From: Candidatus Latescibacterota bacterium
GTDB taxonomy: Bacteria; Latescibacterota; UBA2968; UBA8231
Length of the DNA stretch: 64,000 bases
Assembly: GCA_965242865.1 (NCBI GenBank)
Contig: CBDETK010000013.1
Span: forward strand, 1,984,001-2,048,000
Reading direction: 5' to 3'
The notes under the pieces are model-generated. The model had not been told where the DNA came from and did no database searches. It saw only the letters and a program-made list of their open reading frames with translations. Positions 16,572 to 26,417 of the stretch are shown piece by piece (position 1 is the first letter of the stretch; each line of letters starts with the position of its first letter). Both the position numbers and the translations under genes were made by a program.

Positions 16572-18224
16572 ATGCTCGCTCTGGTCATTGTGGGAGTCTT
16601 CCTCGCGTCGCTGTGGTGGAGCGGCTGCGAGCCGAAAGTCAATAGCGACGTGGTCGCTAGGGTCGGCGACGAGGCGATCATGCTCGCAGACCTGCGCCAG
16701 TTCCGCGAAGAGTCCACCGCCAACTACCGCGACCCCGAACAGGGCCTTGAGGCGTGGCGCTTTTACTTGCAGACGATGATCGACATGAAGCTGATGCTTC
16801 TTGAGGCGCGGGAGCGGCGGCTGGGCCAGACTGTGGAGTTCGTCCGCCAATGGGAGCGAGAACGGCGCAAAAAACTGGTTGACGAGTACGCCGTGCGGAC
16901 CATCCTCGCGGATGTCGATCTCGCCGTAGAAGGGATGCGGCAGGATTTTGCGACGAGTAAGTGGAACCGGATGTTGCGCTTGGCCCACATCCGCACCGCG
17001 AGCGAGGCCGAAGCCCAAAAGGCCATGCGCGACTTGGAGCAAGGGGCAGATTTTGCCGAGGTGGCCCGAGCGCGTTCTATCGCGCCGACCGCCGCCCACG
17101 GCGGGGTGCTCGACCCTTGGTACGGGCGCGGCAACTTGGAGGAGATGGGCCTGCCCCTAGCAGTGGGCGAGCAGGTATTCGACCTACAGGTTGGGGGCTT
17201 GAGCCAGCCCGTAGTCGTGGGGGAACACTACGAGATCTTCAAGGTGCTGTCCCAAGGCCCAGCGCCTACGCACTACCGAGCGTCCTTCTTGCGAGAACAC
17301 TATTGGAAGGAGTTTCGCGCCCGCTGGGATGGGCTGATCGCCCAGCTCAAGGACCGCCTCAACGCCCAGCTCGATGGCGAGGCGATCCGGTTGCTGGTCG
17401 ATAGAATGGCCGATTCCGATGGCCAAGGGATGCTGCTGGGTCCCGAAGAGCAGGACGTGATCCTCTGCCGCTTTGAGGGCGGGCAGGTAACGCTGCTCGA
17501 TTTCGCCGAAACCTATAACGCCTATTGGTTCATCCGCTCGGTCTCCTTCGACAGCAGCGGGATTGCCGAGTTCATCCACCGGGATCTCTTGCCGCGCACC
17601 CTCGTCTATCAAGCGGCATTACAGGAAGGGCTGGACCAGGATTCGACCATAGCTGCTTGGTTGCAGGACAAGAAAAAGTCCCTGCTGCTCGAAGCCCTCC
17701 GCCGGGAAGATGTCGTGCAGCGGGCCGAGGTGGATAGCGCCATGGCCCGCCAGTACTACGACGACCATCCGCAAATGTTCATGGAATTGGAAGAGATTCG
17801 GGTGGCCGAGGTACTGGTGGCGACCCGCGCCGAGGCGGAATCGCTCTTGCGGCGGGTCCGGGCGGGCGAACCCCTAGCAACGCTGGCTGGCCGCCACACG
17901 CTCCGCCCGGATGGAGGGCAATACCACATCCACAACCATCCCTCCGAGCGGCGGGTTTTCGGCGCGCTCTACGACTCCGTGGCGACCGCGCCCGTGGGGG
18001 TGCTGACCGGCCCGGTGGCTCTCGACGAAGGCTACTCGATCTTTGAGGTGCAAGAGCGCGTTCCGCCGCGTCCTACGCCCTTTGCCCAAGCGGTTTCGCG
18101 AGCGCGGTGGTGGGTGCAGAAAGAGCAAGAAAAGGCCCTCTTCGCCGCCTTGTTCACCCGGCTCCGAGCTCAGTACGCCGATAGGGTTGTGGTGTTTGAA
18201 GAGCAGTTGGGCACACTTCACTAG
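16572..18224 (+). CDS. parvulin-type peptidyl-prolyl isomerase (PrsA/SurA-like foldase), lipoprotein
   Basis: Lipobox WSG|C; VVARVGDEAI; two rotamase-like domains (LAHIRT...GADFAEVARARS...GGVL; VAEVLV...). Confidence 0.8.
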   Translation: MLALVIVGVFLASLWWSGCEPKVNSDVVARVGDEAIMLADLRQFREESTANYRDPEQGLEAWRFYLQTMIDMKLMLLEARERRLGQTVEFVRQWERERRKKLVDEYAVRTILADVDLAVEGMRQDFATSKWNRMLRLAHIRTASEAEAQKAMRDLEQGADFAEVARARSIAPTAAHGGVLDPWYGRGNLEEMGLPLAVGEQVFDLQVGGLSQPVVVGEHYEIFKVLSQGPAPTHYRASFLREHYWKEFRARWDGLIAQLKDRLNAQLDGEAIRLLVDRMADSDGQGMLLGPEEQDVILCRFEGGQVTLLDFAETYNAYWFIRSVSFDSSGIAEFIHRDLLPRTLVYQAALQEGLDQDSTIAAWLQDKKKSLLLEALRREDVVQRAEVDSAMARQYYDDHPQMFMELEEIRVAEVLVATRAEAESLLRRVRAGEPLATLAGRHTLRPDGGQYHIHNHPSERRVFGALYDSVATAPVGVLTGPVALDEGYSIFEVQERVPPRPTPFAQAVSRARWWVQKEQEKALFAALFTRLRAQYADRVVVFEEQLGTLH

Positions 18225-18274
18225 CCCATGACGACACCCTTCACTCACCCCAGCTCCTCGGCCTCCTCCTAGTC

Positions 18275-19927
18275 GTGGCCGCAGCGTGGTTTTTGTGGGT
18301 GCTGCTCGTCGCGGGCGGCGCGGGATGCGGGCCAGCAGACCCGGACCCGGCGATCGAACCGGCGTTTGTGGAAGTAGCGCAGGAGGCGGGCATTGCATTC
18401 CACCATCAGAACGGGGCGAGCGGGCGCTACTACTACGTGGAAACGTACGGGTCGGGAGCGGCCTTCCTTGACTACGACAACGACGGCGACCCAGACCTCT
18501 ATGCGGTCAACAGCGCACCGCTGCCGGGGTTTGCCGCCGAGGGCATCCCCACCAACGCGCTCTATCACAACCGGGGCGACGGCACTTTCGCGGATGCGAC
18601 CGCGCAAACGGGAACGGGCCATCCGGGCTATGGCCTGGGAAGCTGCGTCGGGGACATCGACAACGACGGGCACGTGGATCTATACGTGACCAACTTCGGC
18701 CCCAACGTCCTGTATCGCAATCAAGGCGACGGCACCTTTGCCGATCAGACCGCTGACGCCGGGGTCGGCGACCCCCGCCTGAGCACCAGCGCGGCGTTTG
18801 CCGACATCGACAACGACGGCGACCTCGATCTCTATGTGGCCAACAACGTCTCCGTTGACCTAGCCCACGACGAGGGGTGTCGCCAAGGGGCGATCCCGGT
18901 CTATTGCGCCCCCACTGAGTACCAAGGAGAATCCGGTGCCCTCTTCCGCAACGATCGCGGCGGGAAGTTCGCCGACATTACCCGGCCGGCCGGCGTGCAT
19001 AGCCAAGCCGGTCGCCAGTTGGGCGTAGTCTTTGGCGACTACGACCGCGACGGCGACCCAGACCTATATGTAGCCAACGACATGAAGGCCAATTTCCTCT
19101 TCCGCAACGACGGCGCGGCGCGGTTTGCCGAAGTGGGATTGAGCGCGGGGGTGGCACTCAGCGAGAGCGCTCGCCCCGAGGCCGGCATGGGCACGGACTT
19201 TGGCGACTGCGACCGCGACGGCGACTTGGATATCGTGGTCTGCAACTTCCAATGGGAAAGCTGCCGCCTCTATCGCAACGAGGGCGACGGCACCTTTGCC
19301 GACCTGAGCTTTCCGGCGGGACTGGGCGAGCCTACGCTTTCGACCTTGACTTTTGGCACGGATTTTTTCGACTACGACAACGACGGCGACCTAGACCTCT
19401 ACCTGGCCAATGGCCACGTCCATCCCGAGGTGCAGGCGTTCGACCAAGCCGCGTCCTATCCGCAGGCGGACCAGCTCTTTGCCAACGACGGGGCCGGGCG
19501 GTTCGCGCTGGTGCTGGGTACGACCCTGCGCGGAGTGGGCCGGGGCGCGGCCTTTGCCGACTACGACAACGATGGCGACCTAGACGCCTTTGTCTCCAAC
19601 AACAACCAACGAGCGTTTTTGTTGCGCAACGACCGCGGCCAGCGCAACCACTGGGTCGCCTTTAAGACCGTGGGCCGGGTCAGCAACCGAGACGGGATCG
19701 GGGCGGTCATCGAGGTGGTAAGCGGCGACTTGGTGCAGGTCGCGGAGGTGCGCAGCGGCAGCAGCTATCTTTCGCAAAACGACCTGCGGGTGCATTTCGG
19801 CTTGGGCCAGCGGGAACAGGTGGATCGCGTCCAGATCCGCTGGCCCAGCGGAATAGTGCAGACGCTCGTACAAGTGCCCATCAACCAGCTCCACCAAGTG
19901 GAAGAACCGCCTTCCGGCGGCGCATGA
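18275..19927 (+). CDS. CRTAC1-like FG-GAP repeat / ASPIC-UnbV protein
   Basis: Repeated DYDNDGDxDLYVxN motifs; C-terminal SNRDGIGA...SYLSQND..VHFGLG...IRWPSG. Confidence 0.9.
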   Translation: MAAAWFLWVLLVAGGAGCGPADPDPAIEPAFVEVAQEAGIAFHHQNGASGRYYYVETYGSGAAFLDYDNDGDPDLYAVNSAPLPGFAAEGIPTNALYHNRGDGTFADATAQTGTGHPGYGLGSCVGDIDNDGHVDLYVTNFGPNVLYRNQGDGTFADQTADAGVGDPRLSTSAAFADIDNDGDLDLYVANNVSVDLAHDEGCRQGAIPVYCAPTEYQGESGALFRNDRGGKFADITRPAGVHSQAGRQLGVVFGDYDRDGDPDLYVANDMKANFLFRNDGAARFAEVGLSAGVALSESARPEAGMGTDFGDCDRDGDLDIVVCNFQWESCRLYRNEGDGTFADLSFPAGLGEPTLSTLTFGTDFFDYDNDGDLDLYLANGHVHPEVQAFDQAASYPQADQLFANDGAGRFALVLGTTLRGVGRGAAFADYDNDGDLDAFVSNNNQRAFLLRNDRGQRNHWVAFKTVGRVSNRDGIGAVIEVVSGDLVQVAEVRSGSSYLSQNDLRVHFGLGQREQVDRVQIRWPSGIVQTLVQVPINQLHQVEEPPSGGA

Positions 19928-21435
19928 GCAACCCGTGGCAAAGAGCGGTCGCCTGCTTGCTCGCCCTGCTCTGCGGCTGCGCGCCCCCCGAAGAGAGCCT
20001 AGACGAGCGCGAGAGCCGCTATCAGCACCGAATCGCGGAAGACCCGACAGACGCCGAGGGCCAGTACGCACTCGGCCAAGTGTTCCGCGAACAGGCGCGT
20101 TACCCCGAGGCCCTGCAATCCTTTCGCCAAGCACTGGTGCTGGATTCCACCCATACCGGAGCGCAGGTGGGGGTCGGCAACATGCTGTTTCGGAGCGGCG
20201 AATTCGATCGAGCGGCCAACGCATACCAACGGGTCGCGCAGGGATGTGCCGATTGTGCGGACGCGCACCGGGGGCTGGGAGCGGTTTATCTGCGGCAGCG
20301 GCACTTTGCAAAGGCCCGTCGAGCCTACCAGCAAGCCCTTTTAAGCGAGCCAAATCACGCCCCTTCGCACTACAATATCGGCGCGGCCTTTGCCCAAGAA
20401 GGCGCGTATCAAGAGGCCGCGGCCGCGCTGGAACGGGCCATTGCCAGTGATTCTAAATACATCTTGGCGCACACCGCGCTGGGCGATGTGTACTGCCTCA
20501 AGCTGGGGCAGTGCGAAAAGGCCGCCGCGCTCCTCGCGCAGGCCGCGACCTTGCAACCAACGGCGGTCGGCCCCCGGATCGGCTTGGGGCGGGCGTACCT
20601 CCGTCTAGGGCGGTACGAGGAGGCCGCGGCTAGCTTTGAGGCGGCCATTGCAGCGGATTCGACAGCCGCGGCCGCATTTAACTGGTTTGGGGTCGCCCGC
20701 ACCAAGTTGGGGCAGTACGAGCCGGCCGCCCAGGCCCTGCGCCGCGCCATCCATCTCGACATGCTCTACCCACAAGCCTATTACAACCTATCCCAAGCCT
20801 ACCAAAAACAGGGTAAGACCCAGGCGAGTGAACAGGCCCTCCGCGCCTTCAACCGCATCGACCCGTACGCTGGCGACATTCTCCGGTGGAAGACAATACT
20901 GGACGGCAATCCGCACGATGCTATGGCACTCTTTGAACGGGGCCGGATCTATGCGCGATTGGGCGCGGCCAGCCAAGCGGCTGCAGCCTTTGAGCGCGCG
21001 TTGACGATCAATCCCGCTCATGCGCCGGCTTGGCACAATCTGGGCAATGCGTACGCTCGTCTCGACCGCTTGGACGAGGCCATCGCCGCTTTCCACAGGG
21101 CACTGGCGCTGGACGAAGGGTATGCCCTCGCTTGGTATAACCTCGGCAACGCCCATTTTGCAAAGGGGGAACTGGCTCAAGCCCGCAAGGCATTTACTGC
21201 GGCACTCAACCACCGGGCCGGGTACGCGGACGCTTACCACGGACTCGGAGGGGTGGCACTGCGCGAAAGGGAGGCCGAGGAAGCCATTGGCCACTTTCGC
21301 GCGGTTCTAGCGGCTGACTCGAGCTATGCCCGCGCCCATTACGGCTTGGCCTTGGCCTACCGGGCGCTGGGCGACTCCCTGCGTGCGGTGCAGGCACTGG
21401 CGCGTTTTAAGCGGCTGGGCGATCCGCACCATTGA
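19924..21435 (+). CDS. TPR-repeat lipoprotein
   Basis: Lipobox LCG|C; more than ten TPR motifs (AWHNLGNAYA, AWYNLGNAHF and others); ATGA overlap with the upstream gene. Confidence 0.85.
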   Translation: MSNPWQRAVACLLALLCGCAPPEESLDERESRYQHRIAEDPTDAEGQYALGQVFREQARYPEALQSFRQALVLDSTHTGAQVGVGNMLFRSGEFDRAANAYQRVAQGCADCADAHRGLGAVYLRQRHFAKARRAYQQALLSEPNHAPSHYNIGAAFAQEGAYQEAAAALERAIASDSKYILAHTALGDVYCLKLGQCEKAAALLAQAATLQPTAVGPRIGLGRAYLRLGRYEEAAASFEAAIAADSTAAAAFNWFGVARTKLGQYEPAAQALRRAIHLDMLYPQAYYNLSQAYQKQGKTQASEQALRAFNRIDPYAGDILRWKTILDGNPHDAMALFERGRIYARLGAASQAAAAFERALTINPAHAPAWHNLGNAYARLDRLDEAIAAFHRALALDEGYALAWYNLGNAHFAKGELAQARKAFTAALNHRAGYADAYHGLGGVALREREAEEAIGHFRAVLAADSSYARAHYGLALAYRALGDSLRAVQALARFKRLGDPHH

Positions 21436-21447
21436 GCGGCTCCACCT

Positions 21448-22923
21448 TTACCGTGGCCAATCCTTCTCCAGCCGACTCGCCTGTTTTTTGGACAGCCCGC
21501 CCAACGCCTTCATGGCGTCCAACAGCCGCATCCGCGTCAATTCGGACCCCAAGAGCGCGGCGGATTCAAACAGCGGCGGCCCCACCCGCTCGCCAGTCAG
21601 CGCAACAATGAGCGGTACGGTCACGTCGCGGACCGGCCACCCCCAATGCGCGGCCACCCGGCGCACGGCCTTTTCTACGCCATCTTTGTTCCACTCCACC
21701 ACCTCGTCCAAGGCCCACACGGCTGTTTGCAACATCCGCGTCACCTCGGCGGCCTCCCGCTTTTTCGGGATCAGCTCCTCGGGCGTTGGTGCCACCTGCC
21801 GGGCGAAGAAAAACGCCACGCGCGGCACAAAATCCCCCAGCGTCTCTAGCCGCGGCTGCATAAACGGCAGCATCTGCCCGACGTATTCGTCGTTGAGCAG
21901 CCAGCCCTTTAGCTCGGTCAACAGGGCGTCCGGCGTCCAATCCTCGCGCATATAGCGGCCATTGAGCCAGCCCAGCTTGTCTAGGTCAAAAATGGAGCCG
22001 CTCAAGTTGAGCTTGGCCGGGTCAAAGTGCTCTGTTAATTGCTCCACGGTGAACTTTTCTTCCCCGATCGGCGGATGGACCATGAGCGCCAAGTAGTTGA
22101 GCAGGGCTGGCGGCAGGTAGCCGGCGCGGCGATAGTACTCCACCGAGGTCGGGTTCCGCCGCTTCGACATCTTGGAGCCGTCGGGGTTGAGCAACAACGG
22201 CAGGTGCATGTACGTCGGCGGCGTCCAGCCAAAAGCCTCGTAGAGCATGAGGTGCTTCGGCGTGGAGGTGATCCACTCCTCGCCCCGAATCACGTGGCTG
22301 ATCTGCATCAAGTGATCATCTACCACCACGGCTAGGTGGTAGGTCGGAAAGCCATCGGACTTTATCAGCACTTGATCGTCTAGCTGCTCCCACTGCAGGG
22401 CAATTGGCTCGCGGAGCATGTCCTTGACTATACACGCTCCCTCCTGCGGCATCTTCAGCCGGATTACGTGCTCGCATCCCGCCCGCATCTTGGCTGCAAC
22501 CTCGCTGGCAGTTAGCGCTCGGCAATGTCCATCGTAGCCGAGCGGCGCCCGGCGCTGCTGCTGCTCGGCTCGCAACGCAGCCAGCCGCTCGCTCGTGCAA
22601 AAGCAGGGATAGGCATGCCCGCTGGCCACCAACTGCGCGGCGTACTCTGCGTAGATGGACACGCGCTCGCTCTGCCGGTACGGGCCGTAGGGACCGCCCA
22701 CATCCGGGCCTTCGTCCCACGCCAGCCCCAGCCACCGCAGCGACTGCATGAGCTGCTCTTCGTACTTTTTGTGCGACCGCGCTTGGTCGGTATCCTCAAT
22801 CCGCAGCACAAACTGCCCTCTGTTTTTTCGCGCCCACACCCAGTCAAACAGGGCTTGATACGCAGTCCCTACGTGCATGGGGCCGGTCGGCGAAGGGGCG
22901 ATCCGCACTCGCACGTCTGCCAT
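21448..22923 (-). CDS. gltX: glutamate--tRNA ligase
   Basis: RVRIAPSPTG, HVGT (HIGH), LRIEDTD, GPYRQSER, KMSKR; GAGGAGG RBS before ATG 22923. Confidence 0.95.
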   Translation of the reverse strand: MADVRVRIAPSPTGPMHVGTAYQALFDWVWARKNRGQFVLRIEDTDQARSHKKYEEQLMQSLRWLGLAWDEGPDVGGPYGPYRQSERVSIYAEYAAQLVASGHAYPCFCTSERLAALRAEQQQRRAPLGYDGHCRALTASEVAAKMRAGCEHVIRLKMPQEGACIVKDMLREPIALQWEQLDDQVLIKSDGFPTYHLAVVVDDHLMQISHVIRGEEWITSTPKHLMLYEAFGWTPPTYMHLPLLLNPDGSKMSKRRNPTSVEYYRRAGYLPPALLNYLALMVHPPIGEEKFTVEQLTEHFDPAKLNLSGSIFDLDKLGWLNGRYMREDWTPDALLTELKGWLLNDEYVGQMLPFMQPRLETLGDFVPRVAFFFARQVAPTPEELIPKKREAAEVTRMLQTAVWALDEVVEWNKDGVEKAVRRVAAHWGWPVRDVTVPLIVALTGERVGPPLFESAALLGSELTRMRLLDAMKALGGLSKKQASRLEKDWPR

Positions 22924-23095
22924 CTTTACCTCCTCGTCTTTTGGATTGCAAGTTAAGCCCCGTCGCTCTTGCACAACGCGGCCTATTGCACATTTAGCTT
23001 TTTTGCCTAAGTTTATAACTTATAACAACTAACGCGCATTCGCTCGCGTCTCGCCGCCCCTAGCTCCCGCCCTTTCAACCCAATAGACAGGATTT

Positions 23096-24283
23096 ATGCA
23101 GTTTACCGAGCTCGACCTAGCCCCCCACATCCTCAGAGCACTCGACGAGATGGGCTACGAGGACATGACGCCCATCCAAGAACAAACCGTTCCCCACATC
23201 ATCGCCGGCAAAGACGTCATGGGCCTAGCCGAAACCGGCTCGGGCAAGACCGGCGCCTGTGCCATTCCCCTAATCCAAGCCACTGACGTCTCGCTCAACG
23301 CCATCCAAGCCCTCATCTTGGTCCCCACCCGCGAGTTGGCACTCCAGTACGTCCAAGAGGTAGATGAAATCGCCCAGTACTCAGGGGCCGTGCCGTTTGC
23401 CATCTACGGCGGCTTTGACATGGACATCCAAAAGGCCAAGCTCAACCACGGCGTCCACGTCCTCGTGGCTACGCCCGGCCGCCTCATCGACTTTATATGG
23501 AACCACAGCCTCGACCTGACCCGCGTCAGAACCGTGGTCCTCGACGAGGCGGACGAAATGCTCAAGATGGGATTTATCGAAGATGTAGATTTTATCATGT
23601 CCTGCATCATGCAGGACTACCAAACCCTGCTTTTTTCCGCTACCATGCCCTCAGAAATAGAGCGACTGACCCAACAATACCTCAAGTCGCCCGAGCGCGT
23701 TCACCTCAACCGCCACCAGCGGGCACCCCAATCGCTGGCCCATCACTTCCTCCACGTCTCCCGCCGGCGCTGTGACGCCCTCATCCATTACATCGAGGGC
23801 CAAGAGATCCAACAGGGCATCATATTCTGCAACTCGCGCGACAAAGCATCCGTCTTGTTCCGCGACCTACAACGGCGCATCCACTCGGTCGATATCATCC
23901 ACGGCGGGCTAGACCAAGAGCGGCGCACCTCCATCTTCCGCCGCTTCCGCCAGCGGAAAATTCGCTTTATGGTCGCCACGGATGTGGCCGGGCGCGGCCT
24001 CGATTTTTCGCACGTCACCCATGTCATCAACTACGACTTTCCCTTTAACGCCGAAATCTACACTCACCGCACCGGCCGGGCCGGGCGCATGGGGCGAGCC
24101 GGCAAGGCCCTGACCTTGGTCGGCGACCGCGACCTCCGCGACCTCAAGCGCCTGCTCAACGCCAACCGCATCCACGCGCATTGGGAAGGCACTGCGCCCA
24201 ACTTGGACGATGTGCGCGCCAAACGCACCGGCCGAGGACGCCGGCGCAGACCGCGCGGCAAAAAGCCCGCTGCTAAGGGCTAA
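23096..24283 (+). CDS. DEAD-box RNA helicase
   Basis: Q motif, AETGSGKT, PTRELA, TPGR, DEAD, SAT, HRTGRAGR; basic C-terminal tail. Confidence 0.95.
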   Translation: MQFTELDLAPHILRALDEMGYEDMTPIQEQTVPHIIAGKDVMGLAETGSGKTGACAIPLIQATDVSLNAIQALILVPTRELALQYVQEVDEIAQYSGAVPFAIYGGFDMDIQKAKLNHGVHVLVATPGRLIDFIWNHSLDLTRVRTVVLDEADEMLKMGFIEDVDFIMSCIMQDYQTLLFSATMPSEIERLTQQYLKSPERVHLNRHQRAPQSLAHHFLHVSRRRCDALIHYIEGQEIQQGIIFCNSRDKASVLFRDLQRRIHSVDIIHGGLDQERRTSIFRRFRQRKIRFMVATDVAGRGLDFSHVTHVINYDFPFNAEIYTHRTGRAGRMGRAGKALTLVGDRDLRDLKRLLNANRIHAHWEGTAPNLDDVRAKRTGRGRRRRPRGKKPAAKG

Positions 24284-24338
24284 GTAGTTCGAGGCGAAGC
24301 TGGCCCCGAAGTATATAGAAAGGGCTTGATCCGAAAGG

Positions 24339-25040
24339 CTAGCTGATACTGCTCAGGGCGGCGGCGAAGGAAAGCCAAATAATCATTATGAGACCAATCC
24401 CAACGTAGGCTTTGCTGCGATCAAACTGCCCCACAATAGACAGACCGAGACCAGTGACCACAATGCTCCAAACGACAAAGGGATCAATGAGGGACAATAA
24501 GTGCCCACTGAAGCTTCGGAGAGCCTCTTCGGAGAGGAACACCCCCAAGCCTATTTGCACTAGCGGTGTCTCTGTGGCCAATATTAGCAATGTCTTGATA
24601 ATCTGTTGGGGAATAGCGATCAACCCCGCATAGACTACTATGGTTAGGACTTGGCCGTAGGAGAGCAGGCCGCCTAGTAATTTGCCCACCAGTAGGCAAA
24701 GCGCAGAAAAAATAAAAACAAAAGTGAAAAGCACGATAGGTGTAACGATCAGAGTACTAACCCGCATGATGCCTTGGGTTTGGTATTGCTCCACGATCTT
24801 GCGCTCTTCGGCGGACATACCCTGCATCCGTTGCTGCATCCGTTCTTGGTTGAATTCAGTCGTAAAGGGCAGGATAAGTACCGCGGCAATCGTGGCAACT
24901 GCGACGTTCAGAATGGCAGGTACAAGCCAGTCGGCAGCACTGCGCTCGCGGGCGAGATCTTCAAAGGTCTCTCTCGGCGCGTAGAAGAGGCGAATCATGC
25001 GGTTGATAAGGCCGATTTCAGCCTGAGATGTGGGTTCCAT
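24339..25040 (-). CDS. Yip1-domain membrane protein
   Basis: LFYAPRETFEDL, about five TM segments, IDPFVVW..VV.GLGL; AAGGAGG RBS. Confidence 0.75.
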   Translation of the reverse strand: MEPTSQAEIGLINRMIRLFYAPRETFEDLARERSAADWLVPAILNVAVATIAAVLILPFTTEFNQERMQQRMQGMSAEERKIVEQYQTQGIMRVSTLIVTPIVLFTFVFIFSALCLLVGKLLGGLLSYGQVLTIVVYAGLIAIPQQIIKTLLILATETPLVQIGLGVFLSEEALRSFSGHLLSLIDPFVVWSIVVTGLGLSIVGQFDRSKAYVGIGLIMIIWLSFAAALSSIS

Positions 25041-25132
25041 GAAACCTCCTTCTTATGAAAAGAGATGGATTTATATCTATAACATCGTGTTTACTAAGAA
25101 CGTGTTTGATATATAGCTAGCAGATGAACCGA

Positions 25133-25933
25133 TTAGAGCGGCGTTGGAATAAAGGCCGATAGTTCCAGAGCCAAAACCGACATATTGCGTAGAGCATGAT
25201 ACATAATAGAAGGGTAAAGAGAGCGCGTTCCCTGATACAAAAAAAACGAAAGACTCTGTGACATAAACGTAATGATAAATTCCCTTAGATGTTCTCCTGA
25301 AAACGGAGAGTAATGGTGATAGCTGAAGATAAAAGCGGTAATAGTGAAGCCGAGAACGAATCCCAATCGATTCCTTAAAGCAGGGAAAATCAGACCGGTA
25401 AAATATGCCTCCTCTATAATAGGGGCAATCAGTAAAGCACGAACTGAATGTGGAATGATAAGGAGAAATATAGTACGAAATTCGTCCCAGCCGGCTTCCT
25501 CAACCCAAGGTATTAGAATAGGGTTGGGGCTTATTAAGTGGATATCAATTCCCCGGAGCTTCATGTAAAGGAAAAAGACCAATATACTTACTCCGGATAT
25601 TAACAATAAAAAAATAAACGTTAAAACTAATTTTTTTGATTCCCTGGGAATTTGGAGGGACAATCCCAATGTTTGGGTGTTTAGAGCCTGTTTTTCTATC
25701 TTGGAAAATGCCACGACAATTAAAATAAGTAAGGCATAAGGAATAGTACATAATGATATGAAAAGGTAGTCGCTCAAAGCGAATAGATTAAGTATAGTAT
25801 CGACAGTATAGCGAAAGAAAAAGAACATAAAAATGGCGAGTAGAAAGGTAGAAAATATTCTACATCGTATATTTTCAAACTTTCTGGTAAATACGGGATG
25901 AATGTATTGGTCCATTGTGTGGATCTTTTTCAC
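25133..25933 (-). CDS. CPBP (Abi/CAAX) intramembrane glutamic endopeptidase, possible immunity protein
   Basis: APIIEEAYFTG (EExxx), FSYHH, and HALRN motifs; polytopic. Confidence 0.85.
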   Translation of the reverse strand: MKKIHTMDQYIHPVFTRKFENIRCRIFSTFLLAIFMFFFFRYTVDTILNLFALSDYLFISLCTIPYALLILIVVAFSKIEKQALNTQTLGLSLQIPRESKKLVLTFIFLLLISGVSILVFFLYMKLRGIDIHLISPNPILIPWVEEAGWDEFRTIFLLIIPHSVRALLIAPIIEEAYFTGLIFPALRNRLGFVLGFTITAFIFSYHHYSPFSGEHLREFIITFMSQSLSFFLYQGTRSLYPSIMYHALRNMSVLALELSAFIPTPL

Positions 25934-25961
25934 GAGTACCCCTGCTTATTCCATTAGTTGT

Positions 25962-26020
25962 TGGTGAATCTTTTGAGCTACCAGCCTCGACAAGACGACT
26001 GGTAGCTCATCAATTCACCA
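25962..26020 (-). terminator. stem-loop downstream of the precursor gene (terminator or mRNA stabiliser)
   Basis: TGAGCTACCAG (25974-84) / CTGGTAGCTCA (25999-26009) perfect 11-bp stem, extended by TGGTGAAT/ATTCACCA; no U-tract on the minus strand. Confidence 0.6.
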
Positions 26021-26086
26021 TGTAGAGGTTGTGGGTTTCATCTAGGTTGGCTTCTTACAAACTTTGCTCGTTGTTTTTCCGTCTTC

Positions 26087-26359
26087 TTACGGATTGCGAG
26101 CGTACGATGCTTCTCGGTTTTGTCTTGAGGATTCTAGGTTCCCGTAAAGGGCCATCGCAGCAGCAGTGATGGCGGCGTCAGCCGCTAACGCAATGCCTAT
26201 CAGTGCCCAAGGAAGTGCTCCGCCCTTGATATCCTGAGCCTCAGAAGGCGTAATAGGCTTTGAAACGATCTCACTGTTGCTGGGTGCGATACTATAGGCG
26301 CACAAGCCCAAGGCTGTCGCCAGAGCTGTTACACCTTTAGTTTTGATAAGTTTAGTCAT
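26087..26359 (-). CDS. putative bacteriocin/RiPP precursor (Sec-like signal, double-glycine leader, 43-aa core)
   Basis: AAGGAG RBS; ITPSEAQDIKGG matches the LSxxELxxIxGG leader consensus; adjacent to a C39 peptidase; core ALPWALIGIALAADAAITAAAMALYGNLESSRQNREASYARNP. Confidence 0.8.
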   Translation of the reverse strand: MTKLIKTKGVTALATALGLCAYSIAPSNSEIVSKPITPSEAQDIKGGALPWALIGIALAADAAITAAAMALYGNLESSRQNREASYARNP

Positions 26360-26417
26360 GATGTTCTCCTTTCTTTAGGAAGAAGATGACAACCCTTACC
26401 TCCACATGGTGAATATT

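Noticed and set aside
22980-23040. Sigma-70 promoter between gltX and the helicase (also 10690-10730)
   Set aside because: AT-rich with -10-like hexamers, but I found no convincing -35 box at 16-18 bp spacing.
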